A stretch of 64,000 nt of DNA from an uncultured Acidobacteriaceae bacterium (GCA_963765025.1 CAVXVM010000106.1:49017-113016), one strand, 5' to 3'; positions 53,305 to 63,832 are shown, numbered from the stretch's first letter. Made by a program: numbers and translations. The notes: generated from the sequence alone by a model not told the origin.

Positions 53305-55401
53305 TCATTTCCAGAGTTGAACCTGGGTTGCTCCCGCAGGGAGAGAAACCTCCTCGATCCCATCACGCCCGATGCCGTCAGCCCCCCACAACGTTCTTGG
53401 GTGCAGCCCGGCGGGGACAGTCATGGCACAGTTCGCGGGCTGCCCATCGCTATTTGCGAGAATCGTCAGATAGCTTCCCTCATTCTTCAGAACACGCAAC
53501 AGGCAGTTCGGCTCCGGCTGCACAAAACTGAACGGCACGGCGGCGAGCGTGGGCTGCAGCGTGGAGTGAAGATAGTTGGCCAACGGCGCCGGGTCCCCCA
53601 GCCATGCGCCTAGCCCAACCAAAGATGGAATCCAGATCACCCTGCCACCCTCAGCTACGGTGCGTACAGTCGCCGTTGTCTCTCCCTGCCAGGTTGCAAT
53701 TGGTTTGGCTTCAAGATTGTGAATCGTCCCCAACCACAGATGTGCCGGCAGGGATGGTTCCGCATTGTTCCATTCAATCTGTGGGGCAGTTGGCAGCAAA
53801 ACCTCTTTAAGCTCTGCTCCGGTAATCTTTGCCAACGGAAAGCCTGCCAGTGGCCATGCCTTCCCGTATGGATCGTAGAAGCCGGTCAGCCCGGTTACGA
53901 TCAGCGTGTTGCCATTGTGAACGAAGGCGTTCAGTTTATCTATTTGCGCAGTGGAGAGCGCCCTCACGTCGGGCAGAATCACCGTTCGATGAGCCGGTTC
54001 GACCTGGCTCCAGGCAACGTCGTCGAAGTGCTTGATGCGCGGGGGCACTCCGGACTCGGCTAGCGCCCGATAGAGACCCAGAGTTTCCAGCACCTGCGCA
54101 TTGCGGTCTCTCGCCGGGTCGGCACTGTAGGCAAGGTTGTCTTCCAACGTCATGGTCTCAAGGCTCAGCACGAGCGTCACGTCGGGCCGAACGGCCTGGC
54201 TGCCATCGAAAACGTCCTTGTTGTTTTCCAGGATTTGAGCAATCTGCGAAGCGGTTCGCAGCCGGGCGCTTGGCTGCTGCTGAAAATCGAGCAACGACCA
54301 CTCTCCGGCTTCCACCCCGCTCGAGCGGGCGTTCAAGAGCCAGAACAGGACGCGGTCTGCGCCTGTGCCCAGGCTGGTCCACACCCACTGGGCCACATCA
54401 TCCGCTGTTGGATCCATTGGCCGAGTGCCACTTGCGATGTTCGTACCCCCTTGCAGTTCCGTAACCCAATGGCGTTTCGGCTCGATGCTCCCGTCGACCA
54501 GATCGTTGACATAGGAAACCCCGAGAGCGTATTCGTCGGGATTCAGAAGTCCGAAGTGCCACGCTGGATGTATCGAACAGCCGAGAGTGTCAAGAAACGA
54601 CCGCCATTTAGGAAGGTCGTCCGACGACTTTGCAAGATTCCCCACCAGGGAATGCGGGTTCATATGCAGCGGATGCTTTGCATCGTTGATGCGCACCTGT
54701 TGCGCGAGCCATTCCAGTTGCTGTGTCTGATAGCCCCGCCAGAAGGTCATCCAATCGATCGAGACCGTCTTGTTCCAGGAGTTCGGTTCCTCGTCAGGAG
54801 TCGCCTGCTGACATGAAGAGTAGTTTTTTCCCCATGCAAGATTCAGTCCATCCACTGTCTTGTAGCGATGGGAGAGCCATGACCGAAATCCGGTAATGGC
54901 GAGCGGCTGCGGCGAAGCGGCCTGGCCAGGTTCGTTCATCAGGATCCACGAATCAAGCGCCGGGTTGTCGCGATAATGGATGACAACGTGCGCAATGTAA
55001 TCGGCCGCCAGGCCCTGGGCGGCTTCGGAGCCGGTGACAGAATAGCCCTGCGTTCCATCACCGCCCAGGAACGGCGGCGGCCCGCCGGGCGTCAAGGTGG
55101 CGACAATGCGCACGTGATACTTCTCTGCCGCCCTGAATGCCTCGTCATAAAGTGTGAAATCCCAGACATCCTTCTTCGGCTCAAGATCGGGCCACATCAG
55201 AAAAAGCCTCGCCACCGGCATATGCGCATCCCTGAGTTCGCGAAACCACCCATCGATCTGCGCCGGTGTCTGGCCAGGCTCTATCCAGATTTGAGCACCG
55301 ATCAGAGGTGTCTCCGCTGTCCCCGTGAGGGTACTCAACCATAGCGCGAGTACTACAACGATCCATTGCATTCCAACTAGATTAGGGGTCTTGCTGCCCA
55401 T
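53305..55401 (-). CDS. GH42-family beta-galactosidase
   Basis: 698 aa. N-terminal TIM-barrel pattern (ARLFLMWPDLEPKKDVWDFTLYDEAFRAAEKYHVRIVATL) and a trimerisation-domain-like middle (VILPDVRALSTAQIDKLNAFVHNGNTLIVT). Confidence 0.7.
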   Translation of the reverse strand: MGSKTPNLVGMQWIVVVLALWLSTLTGTAETPLIGAQIWIEPGQTPAQIDGWFRELRDAHMPVARLFLMWPDLEPKKDVWDFTLYDEAFRAAEKYHVRIVATLTPGGPPPFLGGDGTQGYSVTGSEAAQGLAADYIAHVVIHYRDNPALDSWILMNEPGQAASPQPLAITGFRSWLSHRYKTVDGLNLAWGKNYSSCQQATPDEEPNSWNKTVSIDWMTFWRGYQTQQLEWLAQQVRINDAKHPLHMNPHSLVGNLAKSSDDLPKWRSFLDTLGCSIHPAWHFGLLNPDEYALGVSYVNDLVDGSIEPKRHWVTELQGGTNIASGTRPMDPTADDVAQWVWTSLGTGADRVLFWLLNARSSGVEAGEWSLLDFQQQPSARLRTASQIAQILENNKDVFDGSQAVRPDVTLVLSLETMTLEDNLAYSADPARDRNAQVLETLGLYRALAESGVPPRIKHFDDVAWSQVEPAHRTVILPDVRALSTAQIDKLNAFVHNGNTLIVTGLTGFYDPYGKAWPLAGFPLAKITGAELKEVLLPTAPQIEWNNAEPSLPAHLWLGTIHNLEAKPIATWQGETTATVRTVAEGGRVIWIPSLVGLGAWLGDPAPLANYLHSTLQPTLAAVPFSFVQPEPNCLLRVLKNEGSYLTILANSDGQPANCAMTVPAGLHPRTLWGADGIGRDGIEEVSLPAGATQVQLWK

Positions 55402-55516
55402 CAGGGGTCCTCTCTATCTTGGTCCTTCTCAGATCTCAGTCCCAGTGCCGCATCTGCTACATCGGAAGACCGCCTGGATCGGTCCGTTTCCGAGACAAAT
55501 AACCCGTTCCCCAGGT

Positions 55517-55548
55517 AAAAAATCCCGCCCTGCGGCACTTCTCGCAGG
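55517..55548 (-). terminator. Candidate intrinsic terminator after the beta-helix gene
   Basis: Minus strand: CCTGCG-AGAAGTGC-CGCAGG hairpin (55529-55548), then GCGGGA and T6 (55517-55522). The U-tract is offset by 6 nt. Confidence 0.3.
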
Positions 55549-55573
55549 CAAAAGTAAACTCCCACCCTTCGGG

Positions 55574-58294
55574 CTAAGGGGCAAGTGGAACGCCGCTTGT
55601 ATTGAAGCCCGCGGCAAACGCTGGCGAGTTCTGCTGCAGTGTGTAATCACCGCCGGCGGCATTGGTGAACAATGGATCGGTCAGCAGTGTGTTTTGATCC
55701 AAAACGGCGCTGCCGAAGATCGGGTCCGATGCTATGGAGAAATTTTGAAACAGAACGTTGTAGTTAATGGTTCCTGGATTGGCGTCCATGTAGCCCGGAC
55801 AGGAGTATGCGGTCCAGTCCCAGAGATCGCTATTCTTGCCGCCGTTTCGGTAAACGATATTGTGGGTAATTGAGAAGTTCGTCGGCATCAGATCGTCGCA
55901 GCCCCCCACAAACCCATAAGCGCCGATCGAGCCGGGGTTCGCTTCGGGAGCCGGAATCGACACGGCGGTGTTGTTCACAAAAAGGGATGCATAGTTCAAG
56001 GAGGTTGTGGACGCGCCACTGGTTGCGCCGTTGACCAGCGCAATCCCGATTCGATGAATCTGATGAGGGGTTAGCGCGGCTTGAAAGACATAGTTCGTGA
56101 GCGCGCTGGACGCCGTACCGCTGCCAATCACGACGCCATCGGCCTGCACATTGAATTGAGCGCTCGGCCCCGCGGTCGCTGTGCCGGAAAGTTGAACGAC
56201 GATCGTGCTCGTGGCCGCGCTCTTGGGAAAGTAGGATGGCAGAAGGTCGATGCGCGTAGTCCCGTTATACGGCATGTATCCTGAAGATGCTGTGACGCCG
56301 TTCGATCCCTGATCGTAGAGCGCCGGTGGCTGTAAAATCACCACATTGTTGCTCGCCGCGTTGCTTTGGCAACCACCACAGAGGTAGACTCCCTGGCTGC
56401 TGCCGACCTCGATCACGTTCTTTGTAATCGACACTTCGCTCACGTGGTCGTCCATCATGATGCCCCGTGCCAATCCCGCTTGCACGTAGTTTCCCGAGCC
56501 GTCGCGATCCAGGCCGCCGACATTCTCAATACGATTCCCGGTAATCGTGGTGTTCTCCACCACGTGACCCGGGATGTTCCCTGCATAGGAATAGATCGTG
56601 CCGGTATCGTTGGTTTGCTGGCTGGTGTTTTGGATCGCGTTATTGGAGACGACGTTTCCGGTGAGAGAAACGCCATCCGATGGATATAGATCGATACCCC
56701 ACCGTCCGGAACCGTTGATGGTATTGCTGTCGATGGTGTTCGAAGCGCTGTTCTGGAGATGAATTCCGGTTGACCCCGCGTTCACGCTCCCCAGACCGGT
56801 CAGGATATTTTTTGTGATGCTGTTGTTGTTGCTGTTGGCCACAAGAAAGATTCCCGATCCACCGAGTTGATTGAAGGTGTTTCCGGTGATCGTGTTGTTG
56901 GACGAGCCGCTCAGCGAAATCCCATTTCCCACATTCAGAAAGGTGTTTCCGCTGATTGTGCTCTTGCTCAGGCCCACACCCTTGATCGCCGCCAACTGGT
57001 CGGTGAAGGCGCCAGAATAAGGATTCTTGTCGGAAGTGGTCGCGGAAAAAGTCAGGCCGCTGATCGTGATGCCTGAAACATTTGAGAACGAGATCAAGGT
57101 GCTGAGTTGCGCGGCAACCACGGTTCCTGCAGCCGGGGTCCCGGAGTTCGCTGGCAGCACGTAGACCTTCGAAGTGGAGGGATCGTAGGCGAATTGCCCT
57201 GGAACACTGAGATCCGTCGGATCGTTCAGGACTCGCCAGCTCGAGGTATGGCCTGGCTGGTTGCAGTTGGCTCCATCACTGATGGGATTCGCCAGCGTAA
57301 TGGTGTTATTGGCCGCATCGACGCTCATGATGGTCGTAAAGTTGTCGCTGTAGCGATGATCGCTGATGACCTGTACAACCGCACCAGGCTTCACGGATGC
57401 GCTCAGGTCGGCAGGCAACACACTGATCGTGGCGCCGGTGGTGCAGGCCTGGCTTGGGTTTACAATCCTCCAGCCCGATGTGTATGGCTGGAGGGGATTG
57501 TACCCAATGTCGGCCGCAGTCTGACGGACATCCGATATGGTGAGGTCCAGCCCCACTGGATGGGCAGCGGTTGCCGAATAGATACCGTCCCCCTGGCTGG
57601 TCCATCCGGTGAGAACTTCTCCACCGCTCAGAACGGCAGTCGCCCCGCTGGCGGCTTGCCATGTTTCACCATTATCGGCGGACGTAAGAGCAAGTGGGGC
57701 GGTGAGGGAATAAGTACCCGAATCGATGATCGTGGTCTTGGTGGAGGACTGCTGCATCGCCTGCTGCGCACGAGCCGGCGTAGCAAAAGGGTTCGCTTCG
57801 GAGCCGTCCCCCGTTTTGTCGTTTCCGTGGGGATCGACGTAGAAAGTGGTCGGCACAGACGGCGCCGTTACGGTGAGCATCACGGTATCGCTAGCGGTGC
57901 TGCCCGCTGAGTTGGACACGGCCACGCCGAACTTCGCTCCGTTATCGCCCGCCACCGTCGCAGGCGTAATGTAACTGGAAGCCGTCGCTCCAGTGATGGC
58001 TGCCGAATTCTTGTTCCACTGGTAGCTCAGCGTTCCTGTGCCTGTTGCTGTTACCGAAAAGGTGGCCGTTTGTCCAAGCGTTACAGTCGCGCCGATGGGC
58101 TGAGTCGTAATCGTTGGCGGCAGACCGCCGTTCGCCGGCGGTGCGCCACTTCCTGCTTGCCCGCAGCCAATCAACAGCGCAATGAACAGACCAGAGCTTC
58201 CCAGGCATTGCATCGAGAGAACCTTGGCGGACACTCTTGTCGAGCGCGCAACACTCATCGAAAGACTCATCGGATACTGTTCAATCTTCCACAA
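55574..58294 (-). CDS. Lipoprotein with Ig-like domain(s) and right-handed parallel beta-helix repeats (pectate-lyase-fold)
   Basis: 906 aa. Lipobox LLIGCGQ, Ig-like TLGQTATFSVTATGTGTLSYQWNKN, and many ISGNTF / ITGNTF / ITGNRI beta-helix repeats. Confidence 0.75.
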   Translation of the reverse strand: MWKIEQYPMSLSMSVARSTRVSAKVLSMQCLGSSGLFIALLIGCGQAGSGAPPANGGLPPTITTQPIGATVTLGQTATFSVTATGTGTLSYQWNKNSAAITGATASSYITPATVAGDNGAKFGVAVSNSAGSTASDTVMLTVTAPSVPTTFYVDPHGNDKTGDGSEANPFATPARAQQAMQQSSTKTTIIDSGTYSLTAPLALTSADNGETWQAASGATAVLSGGEVLTGWTSQGDGIYSATAAHPVGLDLTISDVRQTAADIGYNPLQPYTSGWRIVNPSQACTTGATISVLPADLSASVKPGAVVQVISDHRYSDNFTTIMSVDAANNTITLANPISDGANCNQPGHTSSWRVLNDPTDLSVPGQFAYDPSTSKVYVLPANSGTPAAGTVVAAQLSTLISFSNVSGITISGLTFSATTSDKNPYSGAFTDQLAAIKGVGLSKSTISGNTFLNVGNGISLSGSSNNTITGNTFNQLGGSGIFLVANSNNNSITKNILTGLGSVNAGSTGIHLQNSASNTIDSNTINGSGRWGIDLYPSDGVSLTGNVVSNNAIQNTSQQTNDTGTIYSYAGNIPGHVVENTTITGNRIENVGGLDRDGSGNYVQAGLARGIMMDDHVSEVSITKNVIEVGSSQGVYLCGGCQSNAASNNVVILQPPALYDQGSNGVTASSGYMPYNGTTRIDLLPSYFPKSAATSTIVVQLSGTATAGPSAQFNVQADGVVIGSGTASSALTNYVFQAALTPHQIHRIGIALVNGATSGASTTSLNYASLFVNNTAVSIPAPEANPGSIGAYGFVGGCDDLMPTNFSITHNIVYRNGGKNSDLWDWTAYSCPGYMDANPGTINYNVLFQNFSIASDPIFGSAVLDQNTLLTDPLFTNAAGGDYTLQQNSPAFAAGFNTSGVPLAP

Positions 58295-58401
58295 TTTGCT
58301 TTACGCCCGAGCGTGGATCGGAGGCATCTCTGACCGTCCCATGCTGCACACCAGGACGGTCAAGAGGGCACGTGCAGGCGAGAGGCCTGCACGTACCATG
58401 G

Positions 58402-61400
58402 TTAAGGGTTGATGCGCGAACTAAAACTCAAACCGCGCGCCAACCTGGCCTCTGCGATTCCCAGAGACGCCGTAACATTGCCGAACTGCGGGCTCGTATA
58501 ACTTTCGTTGATTCCCGAGTACTGATGACGGTTGAGAAGATCAAAGAACTCCGCACGAATGCTTGCCTTGAAACGGCCGTCGGAGCCGAAGGCGAAGTGC
58601 TTCACCGCAGAGAGATCCTCGTTATAGTTCGCAAATCCACGCCAGGTGTTGGAGTAGGGCAGCTGATTTCCAAGTTGCCCATACAGCGGATTGCTGGTGT
58701 TCAGCGTCTGGTCAGAGAACGCGGCCGGGCTGAAGTACTGGTTGCTGACATCGTTCAGGTTGGCGAGGTCCAGATGCTGGAAGTGATTGGCAAGCGACAC
58801 CCCGGTCGTGTTTCCGAAAGTCTGAGCCCAACCGGGATACGCGTTTGCGGCTTGAACAGCGGGCATCGGCAGGCCACTGTGGTAATTGATATCGCCACTC
58901 AGCGTCCAGCCGCCTACCAGGTAATCCAGTTTTCTGCTTTCCTGCAACCAGTGTCCATTCCTGCCGAACGGCAGATTGTAGGAGACATAGCCTTTCACCT
59001 GATTGCGCACATCTCCTGGCGAAACCAGGTTCTTGAACTGGCCGTAGCTGTACGGGTCCTGGAACTCGGAGCCACCACCGCCAACCACATACTGGCCCCA
59101 CTCGTCCACCTGATTCACGCCAAGGACATTTCCCTCCGCCTTGGATAGCGTGTAGCTCAGATCCATGGACAAGCTGCTGCCGGCCCTCTTCTTGACTTCG
59201 ACAATGGCAGCGTTGTAGGAAGAGCTGCCAACCGGGTTGCCTGTGACCTGCAACGCACTACCCCAGCAAGCGTGCGCCTGGGGATCGAGATCGATCGCGG
59301 AGACAGCGGAATATCCTCCACAGCCGCCGTTCATCGCCGGCAGGAACGGATACCAGGGTACCCCCGCGGCTGCGGCGGACGCCTGACTGTTGATATTGTC
59401 CCCAGCATGGCCGCTTATGAGCAGCGGATAATACTGGCTGAAGGTGGGAAAGTTCTGTGGGAACAGATTGCCGTCGTGCAGAGCAGAAGCCATGTTCCCC
59501 ATGTAACGTGCATCCACGACTGTATTCGCATTGATTCCGTATTCGACACCCACGTTCCAGTTCTGCGTGCGGCCAAGCGTGAGCGTGTTAGGCGTGGAAT
59601 AAACCTGCCCCCAACCGAAGTCGGGTGCATTCGCGTTTTTAGCTGCCGGGATCGCTACGCCGGGATAAATGTTCGCGTCCCACTGGAATGAAGGACTGAC
59701 GTTGGAAGCGCCAGGCGCCGATTGGTTCGAGCCAAAACAGTTGAAGCAACCTTCACTCTCGTAAGGAACTCCGCCCCACATGTTCTGGCCAATCGGAACA
59801 TAAAACAAGCCCCATGCTCCGCGCAGCACCAGTTTATGAGAAAGCTGATATGCGGCGCCCACGTGCGGGCTGTAGAGGCGGTAATCTTCCAGCGTCTCGA
59901 AGCTGCCCCCAGGACCGGCCAGGTAGGAAATGTTGCCTAGCAAACCTGGATTGCCGGCGGAAGCTACCCAATTCGGATTTTGTGCGTTGAAGTCCCAGTT
60001 CGACTGATTGCCGTTCTTTTCATGAAGCCTGCCGTTCAAGTCCCAGCGCAGGCTGACGTTCAGCGTCAACTTGTTGGTGACCATGAACTGATCGGAAACG
60101 AACATGTCGACGCCCGAACGGGTGGTGTTCGATCCTGTCGTGACACCCTGACTGGCCGACGCGGCATCCCCGACCATCATGTTCGCAAGGCCGTATCCAA
60201 GGCTATTCGAGACGGTGGTGTTGTTTGCGACATTCTGAGGCAGACCGGTCAGGTCGTTGAAGTTGTAATTGAGAATTCCGCCCGGATTTTTGTTGAGCTG
60301 ATCATAGGCGGTAAACTCGCCACCGAACTTCACGATGTGCCTGCCATGCACCCAGGACATACTGTCCTTGAAGCGCCACTGCTGCCAGCGTATGTCGTCG
60401 TTGAAGTCCTGGCCGACGGTGCTCTGCCCGACGCCGAGGGATGAGGCATAGCTGAGGTTGGGGTAGGTGGAACCTGTGGCGCTGGAGAAGGCGCCACCGG
60501 CTGGCGCGGGTGTAACGTCGGCCTTGTTGTTCCAGTTAAAGGCAACAATGAAGGTGTTAACCACTGTCGGGCTCAACGTGTAATTGTCCGTGAGGTGAAC
60601 GGTCGCGAACTTCTGCGGCGCTCCCTGCGCATCGGCAAATGGGCCGCCCGTCGATGATCCGCGCTGCCAGAGATTGCCGCTGTTGTGGTTTCCGAGGCCG
60701 ACGCCTTCGCTCTCGGCCCAGTTGATCGAGCCGCTGACGTGGTGCTTCTCAGAGAAGTTGTGGTCAAGCTTGGCGTCGAGGTTTTGCACCTCGTTGGTGC
60801 TGCCGGAGAATCCCCAGTAGTTGTTGATCAGGTTTGAGTTCGTGGGAGCGTAATCCTGTTTGTAAATGCTGATAACGCCCTTCGCCTGCGCGCTGATGCT
60901 GCCGGAAGGAATCATGTTGCCGGCAAACACCGTGCCGGGCGCCGCTGGGTTGAAGATAGCTCCGTAGTAGATGGGATTGTTGGCGGCGTCAAGATAGCCG
61001 GTGGGGCAGGGTTTGCCGGCAGATGTGTACGAAGCGCACGAGCCGGTGCCGCCTATCGCCTGGTTCGCCGTTAGCCCGGCGACACCGGCATAGGTCAGCA
61101 GTTGGCTGAAGTCCCCATTCAGCATGTTGGTCGTCGGAACCGTGGTCTCGTTGGCTCCCCACGCCATGGTGTTCTGGTTGTAGCGCTCATAGGCGGCGAA
61201 GATGAAGGTGTGCCGCCTCCAGATGGGTCCGCCCCCACTGAAGCCCCAGTCCCTCAAACGATCTGTCGGCCTGCGATACAGTTGCTGGTAGCCTTCCACA
61301 GATGGCGTTGTCGAAGTTGCCGGCACGACAGCTGGGCATTGCCCACTGGAACCCGCTCCCGCGGCATTGCAGAAAGCCATCCAGTAATTGTTCGACCAGC

Positions 61401-62232
61401 TGTTGGCATCGAATGCCTCGTTCGTCAAGAAGCCGAAGGCGCTGCCGTGCAGCTTGTCGGTGCCGGACTTGAGCTCGTACTGGAGGGTGCCGCCGCCTGT
61501 CTGCGACGACTCGGCATCGATTCCGCTGGTCTGCACCTGCACCTCGCGGACGGCCTCCACGCCAGGGGATGCATTACCCCAACCGGAACTGGCGGCCCCG
61601 CCGCCTTGATAGCCCGCATCCGCATCGACGCCGTCGACCATCACGTTGTTGGATTGCGACAATGATCCGGCAATGCTGATACCCGACGATGCGTCTCCGT
61701 TGACGCCCGTACCGACATTGACCGAGGGGACAACCATGACGGCGAAAGCCTGTGCATTGCGGCCGCCGGCGATCGATAGCGGCAACTCTTGAATGGCCGA
61801 ACCTTCCACGCTTGTGGCTTCGGTGCTTGTGTAGCTATCCAGCGCGGCGGCGTCGCTGGTAACGGTCACCGTCGCTGAAGTGCCGCCGACCTGGAGATTG
61901 ACATCAACCTTGGCTTCTTGTGAAGCCGAAACGGTGACGCCTTCCCGTTCGTATTGCTTGAAGCCTTCCATCCTGAACATGAGCGAATATTTGCCGACCG
62001 GGAGATTGACGATCTGGTAGACACCGCGATCATTTGTCGCGCTGCCGGAGTAGTCCACCCCGGTAGACGTGTCGGTGACCGAAACCCGGACGCCGGGAAG
62101 TACAGCTCCCGTTGCATCGGCGACCACGCCGCTGATGGATCCCCTGTCAGCCTGTCCCCAGCCATTGGGGCAGGAGAGGCCTGCGAAAATCACCAGGATC
62201 GCGATGAGAGCAATCGTGATGTGACTTCTCAT
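58402..62232 (-). CDS. TonB-dependent receptor with CarboxypepD_reg domain; canonical C-terminal strand out of frame
   Basis: Preferred start ATG 62232 (MRSHITIALIAILV... signal; the ORF is open to 62343). ISGVVADATGAVLPGVRVSVTDTSTGVDYSGSATNDRGVYQI. The annotated frame ends ...SLGIAEARLARGLSFSSRINP*. The -1 frame from about 58465 reads GNRRGQVGARFEF* (stop at 58421-58423), matching the other receptor's ...GQVALRFAF. Confidence 0.85.
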   Translation of the reverse strand: MRSHITIALIAILVIFAGLSCPNGWGQADRGSISGVVADATGAVLPGVRVSVTDTSTGVDYSGSATNDRGVYQIVNLPVGKYSLMFRMEGFKQYEREGVTVSASQEAKVDVNLQVGGTSATVTVTSDAAALDSYTSTEATSVEGSAIQELPLSIAGGRNAQAFAVMVVPSVNVGTGVNGDASSGISIAGSLSQSNNVMVDGVDADAGYQGGGAASSGWGNASPGVEAVREVQVQTSGIDAESSQTGGGTLQYELKSGTDKLHGSAFGFLTNEAFDANSWSNNYWMAFCNAAGAGSSGQCPAVVPATSTTPSVEGYQQLYRRPTDRLRDWGFSGGGPIWRRHTFIFAAYERYNQNTMAWGANETTVPTTNMLNGDFSQLLTYAGVAGLTANQAIGGTGSCASYTSAGKPCPTGYLDAANNPIYYGAIFNPAAPGTVFAGNMIPSGSISAQAKGVISIYKQDYAPTNSNLINNYWGFSGSTNEVQNLDAKLDHNFSEKHHVSGSINWAESEGVGLGNHNSGNLWQRGSSTGGPFADAQGAPQKFATVHLTDNYTLSPTVVNTFIVAFNWNNKADVTPAPAGGAFSSATGSTYPNLSYASSLGVGQSTVGQDFNDDIRWQQWRFKDSMSWVHGRHIVKFGGEFTAYDQLNKNPGGILNYNFNDLTGLPQNVANNTTVSNSLGYGLANMMVGDAASASQGVTTGSNTTRSGVDMFVSDQFMVTNKLTLNVSLRWDLNGRLHEKNGNQSNWDFNAQNPNWVASAGNPGLLGNISYLAGPGGSFETLEDYRLYSPHVGAAYQLSHKLVLRGAWGLFYVPIGQNMWGGVPYESEGCFNCFGSNQSAPGASNVSPSFQWDANIYPGVAIPAAKNANAPDFGWGQVYSTPNTLTLGRTQNWNVGVEYGINANTVVDARYMGNMASALHDGNLFPQNFPTFSQYYPLLISGHAGDNINSQASAAAAGVPWYPFLPAMNGGCGGYSAVSAIDLDPQAHACWGSALQVTGNPVGSSSYNAAIVEVKKRAGSSLSMDLSYTLSKAEGNVLGVNQVDEWGQYVVGGGGSEFQDPYSYGQFKNLVSPGDVRNQVKGYVSYNLPFGRNGHWLQESRKLDYLVGGWTLSGDINYHSGLPMPAVQAANAYPGWAQTFGNTTGVSLANHFQHLDLANLNDVSNQYFSPAAFSDQTLNTSNPLYGQLGNQLPYSNTWRGFANYNEDLSAVKHFAFGSDGRFKASIRAEFFDLLNRHQYSGINESYTSPQFGNVTASLGIAEARLARGLSFSSRINP

Positions 62233-62567
62233 TAGCGTCCCTTTTCTCTCTGCTGCCATTTCAACTTCCAATACCGTTTCTGCCATTTCTTCCTCCGTTA
62301 GCGTTTCTGTTGACGTGCTTGTCCGCGCACAGGATCGGTGCAATCCCCTTTTTTTGTTTCCTCTTCGCCCGGGCTACCTCTTGTCCTGCCTTTTCGCTTC
62401 AGAAGAAGGCTTACTCCCGCGACATCGCATTGATACGCACTTGCTTCAGTACACCGCAAGGTCCGATACGGTCTTTCACAGAACGTTAAGACCCTAAGGT
62501 GTTGAAAATATTGGAGGAAGTTTTGATTTTCTTCACCGTATAGCACTGGCGAGCGCGACCAGATTCA

Positions 62568-62597
62568 TTGACAATCAGCAGAGACGCTAACTATAGC
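62568..62597 (+). promoter_or_regulatory. Candidate sigma70-type promoter
   Basis: TTGACA (62568-62573), 18-nt spacer, TATAGC (62592-62597), about 35 nt upstream of GTG 62632. Confidence 0.3.
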
Positions 62598-62631
62598 GCG
62601 ACTGAACCGCAAAGAATGAGAGTTTCAATGA

Positions 62632-63832
62632 GTGACCGCCCTTACCAAGAAACAACGGGAAATCGCACTGGAAGGGCTCGCACACATCCTGGAGAGCGAG
62701 TATTTCCGTGGCAGCCAGAGGTGTTGTCATTTTTTGGATTATTCCGTCCGTTACGTTCTGGACGGGAGGCCCATTGACGAACTCAAAGAGCGCACGCTTG
62801 GCATAGAGGTCTTTCACAAAGCGGGAGATTACGATACGGCGCAGGACAACATTGTCCGCGTCACCGCCAATGAAGTGCGGAAGAGGCTTGCCCAGTAATA
62901 CGGGGACGAGCATCGCAATCGAACTCTGACTATCCAGCTTCCGTCGGGCACCTATGCAGCCAGTTTGAACTGCTCGGAGGCGGATTTGTCTCCCCAGGCC
63001 TTGGCCGCCTCCGCAACCGAGCCTAAAGTATCTGACCTTGGCAAAAGTGACACCGGAGTTGTTCGCCGTTCCCGGTTCGGCTGGCTGATCATTGTCGTAC
63101 GCGTGCTTGCCGTATCCGCTTTGTCAGCTCTGATTCTTTACAGGCAGCTGCACGCAAACGATGTGGTTCAAGGTGTCTGGTCCGCAGTTCTCGACAGTAC
63201 AAAGGTGGCTGTAATCTGCAATTCGGAACCGATCGCTTACCGTCCCAAGTCCAATATGGATGTTTCTTTAGGGCCCGAGGATCGCGTGATACCAGTTCCG
63301 GATGCGTTTATCGGCACCGGTGATGCGCTCGCTCTGGCTGATGTCGTCAACTTCCTCGGGAAACGCGGCAAAGAGTGGCAGTTACTCCCTGGGGACTCGA
63401 CTCCTTCAGATACCCTTCTGGCCGGACCGATTATTCTCGTTGGCGTACACGCTAATAAATGGACTCCTACCATTACGAAGAACTTGCGGTTCTTTTTCGG
63501 CGTCGGAAACGCTATCTATGATCGGTCGAATCCAAGAATCAAATGGTCGCTTGACCAATTGACTCCGGACTGGAAGACCAACGAAGACTATGCCTTAGTG
63601 TCGCGCTTCACCAACCCCGGTAGCGGCCAGCCTGTCATATGTGATCGCGGGCCTAACAAACTTCGGCGCCCAGGCAGCTGGAGATTTCCTTACCAATCAA
63701 AGTCTCCTATCGGAAGCGATGCAAAGTGCCCCAAAGGATTGGAGGCACAAGAACTTTCAGTTCGTTCTTCATACACAAATCATCGGAAACTCGCCCGAGC
63801 GGCCAACAGTGATTGCATCAAATTATTGGTAG
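62632..63832 (+). pseudogene. Membrane-anchored protein with conserved Acidobacteria-type N-terminal domain, disrupted (in-frame TAA at 62896 plus frameshift near 63640)
   Basis: ORFs 62632..62898 and 62965..63882 share one frame. Across the TAA the sequence reads ...VRVTANEVRKRLAQ*YGDEHRNRTLTIQLPSGTYAASL, and the family consensus there is ...YY...I.LP.GSY. After ...GSGQPVI the plausible continuation (VIAGLTNFGAQAAGDFLTNQSLLSEAM...ASNYW*) is in the +1 frame (63641..63832). Confidence 0.6.
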
